From Prorocentrum cordatum (lineage: Eukaryota), in contig CAUYUJ010000102.1 of NCBI GenBank assembly GCA_963575745.1, forward strand, positions 62,001 to 118,230: a DNA stretch of 56,230 nt, given 5' to 3'. The notes under the pieces were generated by a model that had not been told where the DNA came from, did no database searches, and was given only the letters and a program-made list of their open reading frames with translations. The position numbers were made by a program, and so were the translations under genes. Shown piece by piece: positions 1 through 10,441 of the stretch; within the stretch, counting starts at the first letter, position 1, and each line of letters begins with the position of its first letter.

Positions 1-13
1 TGAAAAAAGGAGT

Positions 14-2100
14 AGAGTACAGAGCACGTTTTGTATCCAAGTTTGGAAGCGTGACGAGTTCGGGCATTTGGAAATTTCAGAGCGACGCGTCTGATTATTC
101 CCTTCCGATTGGTGCCAAACAGCCCTGTAGTTCATCTGCAGCTCGAGTTATCCCAATCATCGCTCTAGAAATTTGCAGCTTGCATTTTTCGGACCCAGTT
201 TTGGTTTATCTCTCTAAGATTTTGCAGAGTACGAATCGTTTTTTGGACCCAGTTTTGGTATCAGACCAAGTTGGGCGTCTGGGCAGTCTGGACATGCGCG
301 TCTGATAATTTACCCCTAATTGTGCCCGTGCCCCTCCCGAACCGAAATTCGGGTCAAATTGAGGTTTTCGGGTGGTCTGGTAGGTGGTCACAGAGTCACG
401 CGTCATTGCTGTGCCGAACAGCGTTGTAGCTGATCTGTTAAATCAAGAAATCCACCATCATTTCTTCCAAAACGGAGTACGAATAGTTCGCGGACCCAGC
501 TGGTGTCAGAACGAGTTCACACATCTAGATTCTCCAGATTAACGCACTTGGCGATTCCACACGGATTAGGCGTGCCTATCAGTTTTGTAGCTCTCCTAAA
601 TCTCTAGATGACCCGAACAGCCGATCCCGCCCGAGTGCTGTTTGGCGGTAGTAGGTACCTAGCTTCGCCGGTAACGCTTTCAGGGAATCTCTACGAGCCA
701 CTTCCAAAAACGAATTCTCAAATGTGGGAGCCGGCGGTGAACCGTCAATCTTGGTTACCGCCGGGAGCTCGTAGAGCTTCCGAGCGATATCTTGAATGGG
801 GTGCGCATTCCGCGCGCGCAAGGGTGCGGTTCCATGGGGGAGGACGTGGAGCGGAAGAAGGAGTGAGGAGAAAGAGATGGAGGAGGCTGGGGAAGAGATG
901 GAAGAGAAGGAGAGGGGGCAGATGAAGGAGGAAGAGGAGGAGGAGGAATAGGAAGATGAGGAGGAGGACGAGGAGGAGGAGGAGGAACAGGAGGAAGAAA
1001 ACATAAATGAAAAAGGAGGAGGCGGAGGAGGAGGGGAAGTGGGGGAGGAGGGGAGAAGGAGGAGGCGAAGGAGGAGGAGAAGGAGAACGAGGTGGGGTAG
1101 GAGGAGGTGGATGAGGAGGAGAAGGAAGGAAGAGGGGAAGGGGGGAGGAGGAACAGCAGCCTACAACTTGAATTCGATACAGGATTATCTTTGACCAAAT
1201 GTTGCAGAGTGCTAAATTGTAACTTTGGTAGCAGGCCAATCTCATACGTCCCGATGCTACAGGCGACGTCTGATGGTTCCCTGTCGAGCGGTGTGCTTTC
1301 CACCCTCGGAACTAGCACTTCTGATGATCTTCGCCAGGTAGCTGTGCCAAACAGCTCTAAGCTCATCTGCAGCTCGGGTTACATCAGGAAAGGCATCATC
1401 ATCTCTGAAACATTAGCAGAGCAATCTTATTTTTGGGTTCCAACTGTCGTAGCAGACCGAGTTCGGGTATTTAGATACTTGAGTATAGCGTTCCTGATGA
1501 TTTCCTTCCGATTGCTGTGCCAAACAGCTCTCTAGGTCGTCTGCAGCTCAAGTTACATCAAGCAACTCATCATGATCTCTTTAGAAATTAGCAGAGTACG
1601 AATAGTATTTCGGACCCTGCTCAGGTAGCAGACCGAGTTAGGGCATCTAGATAATTGAGACTAGCGCTCCTGATGATTCCCTTTCGATTGTTGTGCCGAA
1701 CAGTTTTGCAGCTCATCTGCAGGTCGAGTTACGTTGAGAAGCTTTTCATCATCATCTCACAACAATCAGAATACGAGTAGTTCTTTGGTTCCAGCTCTGG
1801 TAGCAGACCGAATTCGGGCATCTAGATACTTCGTACTAGTGTTCCTGATGGTTGTCTTTCGGTTGCTGTGCCGAACAGCTCTGTAGCTCATGCACCTCGA
1901 GTTTTATCAAGAAAATCATCAACATTTTGGAACATCTAGCAGAGTACAACTAGTTTTTCGGACCCAGTTTTGGTGGCAGACCGAGTTCGGGCACCTGGAT
2001 ACTTGAGACTAGCGCTTCTGAGGATTCTCTTCCGATTGTTGTGCCGAACAGCCGTGTGGTTCATCTATAGCTCGAGTTAAGTTAAGAAACCGACAGTACC
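14..2100. repeat. Diverged ~175-bp tandem (satellite-like) array in two blocks, ~14-600 and ~1255-2100
   Basis: The recurring unit GAGTACGAA..TTCGGACCCAG..GCAGACCGAGTTCGGGCATCTAGATACTTGAGACTAGCG..CTGATGATT..CCGATTG.TGTGCCGAACAGC..CATCTGCAGCTCGAGTTA has anchors at about 227, 475, 1419, 1594, 1769 and 1942. The last three periods are 175, 175 and 173 bp. Confidence 0.85.
860..1152 (+). repeat. Imperfect (GAG)n microsatellite interrupting the 175-bp array
   Basis: Directly visible GAG/GGA-rich tract. Confidence 0.9.
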
Positions 2101-2385
2101 TGCCAAGATGACACTAAACAGCCGATCCCGCCAGAGTGCTTCCTGATAGTAGTAGGTACCCGATCGACCTGACAATGTGATGGCGAGCGGGAAGAAGATC
2201 GAGTATGTGGCGACAAAAATATCAGAGCCTCAACGAATGTTCAAATTCCGAGAACATTATTTTATGTAGGTCAAAAACTACAAACTTTCCGTCGAGTTGT
2301 TTTTGTCAACTAGCCCCCCAGCGCGCTGGAATTACTGTCTAGCTTCGCCGCTTCGCTCTTAGGGAAGCTCTACGAGTCACTTCTG

Positions 2386-3276
2386 CCTGGCAGTCCGGGC
2401 TTTCGATTAAGTTCTTTATGCTGATGATGTGAGCGCGTGGCGCTCTCTGTCTGCCGACGTAGCCGACGAGCGCTGCTTGGCCATTCTTCGTCAATGCCAA
2501 GCTTCGTTCCACGCTTGGGGTCGTGCTAACCGCGTGCAGTTCTGATGCGCGCGAAGAAAGTGTGCGCGTGCTTTCTTGTGCGCGGCCTGTCGGTGATGAT
2601 ATCAAGATCATGGTAATTTTGTTCGACCCAGAACTTCTAAAGTATAGCGCCGTAGACGATTGCGTTTCCGCGTGTTCATGGAAAGTGCCCCGGCAAATCC
2701 GGACCCGGCGGTGTCGCGCAGATGTTGAGCTCATTGGTCTTGTCAAAGCCCACATCTTGTCTTACATTGAATATCGTGCGGCTGCTGTTTGCCGCGCTTC
2801 CTTTTCTGTCCTCGCTCTTTAGGGCGCTGTTTTCGATTTTTTACGTAGTTTGATTATTTCGAGCAAGGGCGCCATGTTTCACTTTAATCTCCCTCCTCTC
2901 TCGACGCGTCGGGTTATTAGTATCCTTGGGGCAATTCATCGAACAGTTCCGGGTGTTGGCGCTAGCGTTTTTCGCAAGTTTTTTGCGACAGACACGTCTT
3001 TTGCGGGCCAGAGCTCCGAGGCGCCACAGGCACCTTGTCGAGCCCCCGCGCTGCGGTCCGGATTTCTTGCTGCACTCGGCAATCGGCGCCGTGCGCATCT
3101 ATAACCTGCTGCCCGACTTTGTCGTGGCAGCGCGTGGTGTCTCCGAGTTTCAATCCCGTCTGCAGGCCCTTGTGTTTTCCCGCGCATATCATTTTGATGA
3201 TTGGCCCGGATTTTGTTCACCGCGCCTTCCGCTTGCCTCTCGCCCCCTCCGTGGGTGTCGCAACTGGCGTGGGTAA
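2386..3276 (+). mobile_element. 5'-truncated, decayed non-LTR retrotransposon (LINE): RT C-terminal half and downstream C-terminal region
   Basis: YADD is at 2417-2428 (VLYADDVSAW...CQASFHAWGRANRVQF). After a frameshift come GDDIKIMVILFDPEL...LVKAHILSYIEY, FHFNLPPLSTRRVISILGAIHR and AVRIYNLLP..V.A..V.EFQSRLQ, ending at TAA 3274-3276. These match RT subdomains 5-7, the thumb and the C-terminus of LINE ORF2. Several stops and frameshifts are present. Confidence 0.85.
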
Positions 3277-6224
3277 TTCCTTGTCATCGTCTCTGTTCCT
3301 CTTTCCCTTTCCTCTCTTCTCTTTCCCCTTCGGTCTCCGCTCTTGTGCGCGAGTAATTTGTTCAGCAAGTTTCGCATTGTTTTTTTTATATCGTTTCACT
3401 CTTTATGCATTCTGTTATGATTTGCTCTGTGCGTTGAGTTGACTTGGTGAAGGAATCCGCGTTGCGAGCTTCACAGCGAAAATCTAGCCCTGCGGACAAT
3501 GCGCGATCCTCCGTTGGGCGCGTATGGAACGAGGATCCAGGCATTAGTTGCCATGCGGGATATGCACTAACTTGGAAGGCGGGGGGCTCGGCAGTAGGTG
3601 CCGTGCGGGAAGTGCGCGCTCCTCGGGATGGCGCGTGTGGCATGCGGGTTCAGGTATTACAAGTGCACCGTCCTCGAGCGGGCGCACGGGGAAGGAAGGA
3701 TCCGGCATTATTTGTCATGGTGGGGGTGCACAATTTTCGATTGGGCGCAAAGAAAGTGACCTCGGAAAAGGGGGGCTGTTTACGCAGGAGTTTGCTAGTA
3801 GAGGGATGGGTGGTCCTTTGCTAGAATGAAGAACCCTACCGTGCAGACCTTGGCATTATGCTGTCAAGGGGCTCGGTGGTGGATCTGTTTTTCCTTCGAT
3901 CGCGCGTCCTTTCGTTTGCAGTCGGTGTTGATTCGTTAGTGGAGTATGTGTTAGGTTCGAGTTTGATCTCATTTTTTTGGTGTCTTGGTCTGTAGTCTGT
4001 TATCGTCTGTTGCGTTCTGCGTCGTCTTGATGCGTGCCTGCGTGCGCGCATTCACTTTGATGTGTGGTTTAATGTTTGAACGAAGTGAGTTTAAATACGT
4101 ATACTTGTTTTTGTTGTTAGTGTCGTTTTTGATGCTGTTTTTTGTTTGCATCGCCCAACATCGCATTCGCAAACAAGCACATGTTATTCAAACGTTCACG
4201 CAATATACCGATTTCTGCCATGGCGCAACATCTTCCGAGAACGTGCACGTTCTCGACCATGGTTCGGGTTACAAGCTGCTAGAAGCCTGCTGTGCAGCAG
4301 AGTTACGCAAGTAACAGAAAATACCAGGACATTTGTTCCACTGGAAAACTTGGCACGGACACGGAACGCGGAAAACCCGCCCGACAGCAACAGTGCGAAC
4401 GAACACCAGCAAAATAAAGGCCAGACGAGACCAGAGCAAGGATTTCCACGCGCAGATCCGCGAATCCCCAAATCAATGCATAAATTTGAGTTTGGCCGAA
4501 ACACGGCACCAGACATATTAGCAACGCGTGGAGGGGAAGAAAAGGGGGACATTTGGGGGAAAAAGGACAGAAAGAGAGAGAGAGAGAGAGAAAGAGAAAC
4601 GAGGGAGGAACAAAACGATTAGTCTTTGTTGTCTTGAATGATTAGTCGATGTTTCGGCCAGGGTGCGAAGACGAGTGCTTGCCGTTTCTTTCTTGTGATT
4701 ACCCGGTGTGAAGATCATGCGTTCGTTTCTTTTCTTGCCGTGGCCAGCCAGTTTTTTCTTCGCGCGTATTTGGATTTTCCAGGTTTTTGTTAAGCGGGCC
4801 TGAGGAACGCCGTTCAATTCGCATTATAACTATTTATGACATTGGAAGGTTTGGAAGGTAGTTCTCGATAACAGCGGCCACGGAGACTTCTTCGACATGC
4901 TGGAGGGTGACAGCAGGAGAAATCGAGGTAGAAGGGACGGAACAACAACCGAACGCACAACAATAAACAGAAGGTGAATGATGATAGTTATCGCGAGTAT
5001 ACGGACAATACGAAAAAAGAGGGATGCGGTGAGATAGAGAACGCGTGGAGAACGCTCGCAGAGAATTCGACATGGATTTTTGGATTCATTCATTTTCTCC
5101 AGCTGTATTGGTGTCTGGCGCTTGCCGACAGCTTTTGGTGTTTTGATCCGTTCGCCCGCATGATTTGGCAGCAGGTCCACGTTGTGCACGGTGGGGTTGC
5201 GTTGTTGAGCTGAGGTTACAAAACAACGAACAACAGTGATGAACGACATCCAATAAAAAAGGGCAGCAGTAAGTAAAACAGTCAAGCGGTAAAGCACCCA
5301 CTTGCATGTCGATGCATATGTTGACGTTTTGTTCTGGAGCGTTGACTTGTTTGTTTGTTTCTTCATTTTCGATTCGCGTTTCTCGTGTTACATGATGTTA
5401 CTGTATGCGGCGCTAGCTTAATATCACATGTGGTCTTTTGTTCTTGCAATGTTTTCATGATATCGTTTCTTAGCATTGGGCATCTCGAGTGTGACTTTCT
5501 CCAGAAGATTTTTTGCCGTAGTTGGGTCAAAGTCAGCAGCCCGCAGACAAAAGGACGTGGTTTTCGTCACATCCGAGCTTCGTTGCAGCTCCTTCGCGCC
5601 ATCCGATTTGCGTGTGGTCTGCGTGTGGCTCGATTTTCTGTGAGCCGGCTTGCGTTGTTTCTGTCGAGCGTGGCTGGGCTCTTCGTGTCTCGCTTGCGAC
5701 TGGCGCATTTCAGCACAAATTGGTTATGGCGCAAGTCCTTTGCGCTGTTGCAGTTTTTGTTTCGGCTTCGCTTGTGAGGTTTCTCTCGCGCTGGTTTGAA
5801 TCTGCACCTTTGCGCTTGCGCTCCTGGCGTAGATGGGGTCTCATTCGCACCTGGCCTGGCTTGCCCCGCTCGGGCTCTGCCGGCGAAGAGGCCGTCGCCC
5901 AGAGCCGTCCCCGTGGAGAATCGCCGAGTGGCTGGCGGGCGGCACGCTTGTCAAGAGTGGACGCGTTATGTGCATTCCTGTTCTGGTTCGCCCCGTGTCG
6001 TGCCGAATTTGTTTTCCACGCTTGCTCGGTCTGCCCGGGCGCCCTCGCGCCATCGATCGGGGGCTTGGCTTCCGCGGCTGGTAAGCGGACCGCTCTGTCT
6101 GTGTTTGTCCTCTTTGGTGTGCGGTGCCGCCATTCTTGGCCGTCGCGCGCAGCCGTCTGTTGCTTTGGTCAGATTGTTTTCTGCAGCGACTTTTGATTAT
6201 GGTGACATGCTGGGCGCCTCGTCC

Positions 6225-6305
6225 TGCTCCTCCTCCTCCTCCTCTTCCTCCTCCTCCTCCTCCTCCGCCGCCTCCTCCTCCTCCTCCTCCTCCTCCTCCT
6301 CCTCC
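6225..6305 (+). repeat. (CCT)n microsatellite
   Basis: Directly visible. Confidence 0.95.
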
Positions 6306-6593
6306 ATAGGCGCAGCAGGGGGCGAGCAGTTCCAAAAGTCAGCGCGCGGAGTACGGTACCACCCATTTTTTCTCTTTCTGCGGTCGGGGGCGCCAGTCCC
6401 AAAGGCTGGGAGGTGTGCACCTCTGCGGCGGCAGCGGCGGGTGTAAGCTTTCCAGCCGAGCTGGGGCAGGCGCCTCCCGTCGCGCCGCGGAAAGGTTTTT
6501 GATCTTCATATGCTTCTTTTGTTCGCCCGCGGTGAGGCGTTTTATATGCGTCTTTAATCTGTTGGCGTTTTAAATTATTATTATATATTTAGA

Positions 6594-6609
6594 CATATAT
6601 ATACACAAG

Positions 6610-6662
<53 letters not shown>
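6594..6662. repeat. (CA)n/(TA)n microsatellite
   Basis: Directly visible. Confidence 0.95.
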
Positions 6663-6664
<2 letters not shown>

Positions 6665-6913
6665 GCGTTTTGTAGGCGTTTTATTTGCATTTTTTCTATT
6701 AAAAAAGGCGTATGAGTTGTTCTGGGCGTTTTTATCGGCCTTTTCTTTTTGTTCGCCCGCGGAGCTTCGGCCCTAGGGCGTCGAGCTCGGGGCGAGGAGC
6801 GCGGAGGCGGCGGCGCCGCGCGTGGCGGGGCAGCGCTGCAGGCCGCGGGGGCCCGGGGTGCTCCGCTCCGAGGCGGCCCCGGGTGGGCTCCAGGAGCGGC
6901 GCGTCCCCGGCGG

Positions 6914-7141
6914 GCCCTGGCACGGCCCAGGTCGGGGCTCGTTTTTTTTTTTTTTTTTTTTTTGTTTGTTTTTTTTTGTGTGTGGTTTTGTTGTTTTTGT
7001 TTTTTTGCTCAAATCAAGAAGTCATTTTCGAACATCTCCGTCACCGTGCCGCTTAGTAAATCCTCCGGTCTCGTGCGGTCCGTTGCACCGTTAGCTCTGC
7101 CAAGACACGGCGAGCCCTGGCACGGCCCAGGTCGGGGCTCG
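6914..7141 (-). mobile_element. Short poly(A)-tailed retro-insertion flanked by a 28-bp direct repeat (probable TSD)
   Basis: GCCCTGGCACGGCCCAGGTCGGGGCTCG is identical at 6914-6941 and 7114-7141. A poly-T/T-rich tract (6942-7006) abuts the first copy, followed by about 100 nt of unique sequence. Confidence 0.75.
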
Positions 7142-7399
7142 ATTCCGAGTCGATTCGATTCGATTCCGAGGTCTCGACGATCCGATGCAGCCCGAGGCTG
7201 GCACGGCGCCGCCGCGCATCGCGGCGCGGCCGATCGGAGTCGGCTTCGGCTCCGTGCTGGCACGGCCCGATCCGACTCACGTCTCGATCTGATCGGGTTT
7301 CCTGATTCGATGTTGACGGATCCTGCGAGGCGAGGGCCGTGAGGCGCAGACAAGAGATACGCCGGGGGCGAGGGTGGGAGAACAAATCGGGACTCAAGA

Positions 7400-7610
7400 G
7401 ACGGGGGTCAACACAAAAGGGGTTCAGCCAGAGCGCCGGATTTTGGAGGACCCCGCAGCGCCAGGGTCGCATTGACCTGGGTTTGGGTGCAGGATCCTGC
7501 AGAATCTTTCAGGATCCTTCGCATTGGCCCGGGCTTGGGTGCATGATCTTGCAGGATTTTGCAGGATTCTGCAAGGCCTGACTTGCCCGGGTCTGGATTG
7601 ACCTGGGTCA
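7400..7610 (+). repeat. Dispersed GCAGGATC-rich repeat, homologous to 47030-47145
   Basis: Both loci share GGGG(T)TCAGCCAGAGCGC.GGAT.TTG.AGGA...GCATTGACCTGGG...AGGATCCTGC. Confidence 0.75.
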
Positions 7611-7656
7611 GAAGATCCCCGGCCAGGAGGGTCCCGAGTGCCCCCCCTGACCTGGA

Positions 7657-7763
7657 GTCGGGCACGTCCCTTTCCTCTACAGGAGGAATATTCAGGACGA
7701 GTCAGCAAGACAGTCTAGGGGCATTCTGTTTCGCCGAAGATCGGCCTGTAGGACATGCCCGGC
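7657..7763. mobile_element. MITE-like TIR element, family A, copy 1 (~107 bp)
   Basis: Left end TCGGGCACGTCC..CTCTACAGGAGGAATAT and right end CCTGTAGGACATGCCCGG. The same ends occur at 37187-37852 and 38862-39014. Confidence 0.7.
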
Positions 7764-8728
7764 CTGACCCTTACCTCCATCGTGTGGAAAGCATCACGGC
7801 GCATGTTTTTCGCTGCCGTCGGCCTCCGGGGGCCCTCCGGGCCCGCGCTCTGCCCAGGGGCGGCTCACAAGAAGCGACTCCGGACGGAAGGCAGGCCCCG
7901 GGGGGAAGGGTCGGGGCTTCTGGGGACCCCGCACTGGACCAGGCGATCGCAGACATGGATCAAGGGGGCGTGGATCAGCGACCTGTCCCGTTTCCATGGG
8001 AATCCGCGGATTTCCGCCGAACGGGGCGGCACTGGCCGCATCTTGGGCGCCGGAGCCATGGATCGCGAATCCATGTTTGTGCGCCTCCGACACTGGAGCA
8101 GATCAAGACACCGGACCTCTGCAGACCGCAGCCAGACACCACCGCCGCCACCTCTGGCGGGGGCCGCCCCGGGCCCCGCAGTCCGAGGCCAGATCATACA
8201 CTCATCCACGGCCCGAGGAGCCGACGGCCCAGGCCCTCAGGAGGTGGGGCGGATCTGGCTCACTGTGGGGCCCCGAGGCCCGAACATGCCCATACATCCA
8301 CCGCCTCCGTGTCCCCAGGCCGTGGAACAGGCACTGAGCCCCCGCCTCGAACCTTGGGGGGCGCTGCTGCAGCCCTACTCGTCGAGGCCAGGAGGCCACG
8401 TGCACCATCCCAGGGGCCTGCGACGGCCCTGGCCAGGTTGGCGTGCAGCCGCCGCTTCCAGCTTGGCCTCCTCCCAGGGCGGGCCAGGACGGCCCAAGGG
8501 AGCCCCCAGCAGATGCGGCGCGAGGGCAGCCCCAGAGGGCCGGGGAGAGCCGTGCCGCCACCGCGGACGCCCGTCGGCGGCTGCGGGCGCTGGCCGGCCT
8601 CCTCCTGCCCCCTCCCGCGCGGCCGCCGGCGGCGGCCGCTGCCGCCGCCGCTCCTCTCCCTCCTCCTGCTCCCAGTCCCCCTGCGCCGAGCTCGGGGCTC
8701 CCGCCCTTTGGGTGGGCGGCTGGCCGCG

Positions 8729-10294
8729 ATGCCCGCCCGACCCGCGCCGCGGGCGCGGCGCGTGGCGGCCGCTCGCGCGGCCGCCCAGAAGCGCCTGCTG
8801 CGCCGCCGCCGGCCGTGCCTGCCGCGCCCGTGGGCGGCGCGCCTGGCGCCAGGGCAGCGCCTGGCCGTGGCCGTGCCGGAGGGGCGCGAGTTGCTCGTGG
8901 TGCGCGCGTGCCTGGCCGGCCTGGCGCCGGACGCGGCCGCCGAGGCGGGCGCGCTGGAGCTGACCTGCGAGGGCCGCAGCGCGGGCACCTTCCGCGTGCG
9001 GCCCTGGGGCACCGCCGTGCGGGCGAGGCTCACCGGCGACAGCGGGTGCTTCTGGAGGCCAGAGGTGCGCCCAGGGGATCCGGCGTTCAGCGTCGACCTC
9101 TCTGGCTACCTGGCGCAGCGCGCTGGGAGGGCGGCGCGGGGCCACCGTGCGGCCGGGGCTGGCGCGCCCGCGGGCGCGAAGAGGAGTGTGCCGTCGGGCG
9201 CCACCGCGGAGGTGCGAGAGGTGCGGCTGCCCGCAGGGTGGGCTGGCCTGTCCCTGCGGCTCGGCGACGACGGGCGGCTCACGGTGGCGGATGTGCCCAA
9301 GGCGTGCTTCTCCTCGGCCAAGTTCGCCGCCGAGGCTGGGCCGCAGGTGCAGAACGTGTCGCCCGGCGACGAGGTAGTCTCGATCAACGGGGTGTCACCG
9401 CAGCGCTTGGCCGAGCGCATCGCCACCCCTGGCGACGCGCTGAACACGTGCTCCGCAGGGTCCTCCGCCCACCGCCCCGGCTCCGTCGGCAAGCTCGACC
9501 CGGACCCCTGCGTCTCCTGCGACGTGGTCCGCCGGCAGCAGAGCCTCGGCCTGGACGTGGCCCTCCAGATGTGGATGAAGACGGTCAAGCGCGACACGCC
9601 CATTGTCCTCGGCGTGGTAGCCAGCGCCGAGCGCGCCGGCCAGCCACCGAGGGAGTCCGGCGGGCCCGCGAAGGCGGCACGCAGCATTGGCGCCGTGGTG
9701 GAGGCAGGCGCCAGCCGGTCGCTGGCGGGCGCGCCGCAGCTTCCGCAGCCCGCGGCCTGCCAGCAGGCTGCCACCCCGGCCAGACAGAAGGCTTCCGCCC
9801 CGGCCAGACAGGGCGCCTACAACCCGCTGCGTCCCGCCGCAGCCCGCGGCACGCTCGGCAACCTGGCGGCGGCAGGCCCCGCGGGCGCACAGGCGGCCGC
9901 GGCGAAGGCCGTGAAGCCGGCGCTGACGAAGGCCGCGGGCGGCCTCTCTTACGAGGACCTCTCGGAGGGCTCCGGCGCCGAGACTGCGCGCAAGGGCCAG
10001 GCGGCCCTGCTGAAGTTCACGCTGCGGCAGGCGGGCGCCAAGCAGAAGGTCGTGGAGCGGGGCGAGATCAAGGTCTGCCTGGGCAAGAGCGAGGTGATGG
10101 ACGGCTGGGTCGACGGCAACGTGGACATGGAGGAGGTGCTGGGGACCTGGGGCAGCTGCCTCGTGGGGACCCGCGTCGGGGGCTGCCGCCGAGTCCACGT
10201 GCCGCCGGGGAAGGGCTTCCGGCACTGCGGCGGGGAGGCGGCCCCGTCGACCGCGAGCCTGCTCTTCGACGCGGAGCTGAAGAGACTGATGTGA
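8729..10294 (+). CDS. Intronless ~521-aa protein: N-terminal nucleoplasmin-like (NPL) domain, PDZ domain, C-terminal divergent FKBP-type PPIase-like domain
   Basis: In-frame ATG at 8729 within ORF 7559-10294, with strong GC3 codon bias from there on. NPL-like: PWAARLAPG..VPEGRELLVVRACL...VDLSGYL (8828-9112). PDZ-like: GLSLRL..LTVADV..VSPGDEVVSINGVS..IVLGV (~9209-9616). FKBP-like: GGLSYEDLSEGSG..LGKSEVMDGW..GTRVGGCRRVHVPPGKGF..LLFDAEL (9938-10291). The FKBP call is strongest; the start codon is inferred. Confidence 0.85.
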   Translation: MPARPAPRARRVAAARAAAQKRLLRRRRPCLPRPWAARLAPGQRLAVAVPEGRELLVVRACLAGLAPDAAAEAGALELTCEGRSAGTFRVRPWGTAVRARLTGDSGCFWRPEVRPGDPAFSVDLSGYLAQRAGRAARGHRAAGAGAPAGAKRSVPSGATAEVREVRLPAGWAGLSLRLGDDGRLTVADVPKACFSSAKFAAEAGPQVQNVSPGDEVVSINGVSPQRLAERIATPGDALNTCSAGSSAHRPGSVGKLDPDPCVSCDVVRRQQSLGLDVALQMWMKTVKRDTPIVLGVVASAERAGQPPRESGGPAKAARSIGAVVEAGASRSLAGAPQLPQPAACQQAATPARQKASAPARQGAYNPLRPAAARGTLGNLAAAGPAGAQAAAAKAVKPALTKAAGGLSYEDLSEGSGAETARKGQAALLKFTLRQAGAKQKVVERGEIKVCLGKSEVMDGWVDGNVDMEEVLGTWGSCLVGTRVGGCRRVHVPPGKGFRHCGGEAAPSTASLLFDAELKRLM

Positions 10295-10441
10295 GCCTCC
10301 GCCTGGCCGACGCAGGCCCAGAGGCGCGGCCTCGCGGCATCTGGGCGCCCGCGCCGGGCGCCAGGCGCCTCCATGGGGGGGTAGGTCAGAGTTGCCTGCC
10401 AGCAGCAAGCTTCCGCCGCCTCCTCCTCATCCTCCTCCCGA

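Noticed and set aside
4146..5780. Short ORFs on both strands, possibly a decayed minus-strand gene
   Set aside because: No recognisable motif or consistent frame could be supported.
7559..8728. N-terminal 390 aa of the 911-aa ORF
   Set aside because: It runs through dispersed repeats and a MITE and is low-complexity P/R/G sequence. Domain-like sequence and codon bias begin near ATG 8729.
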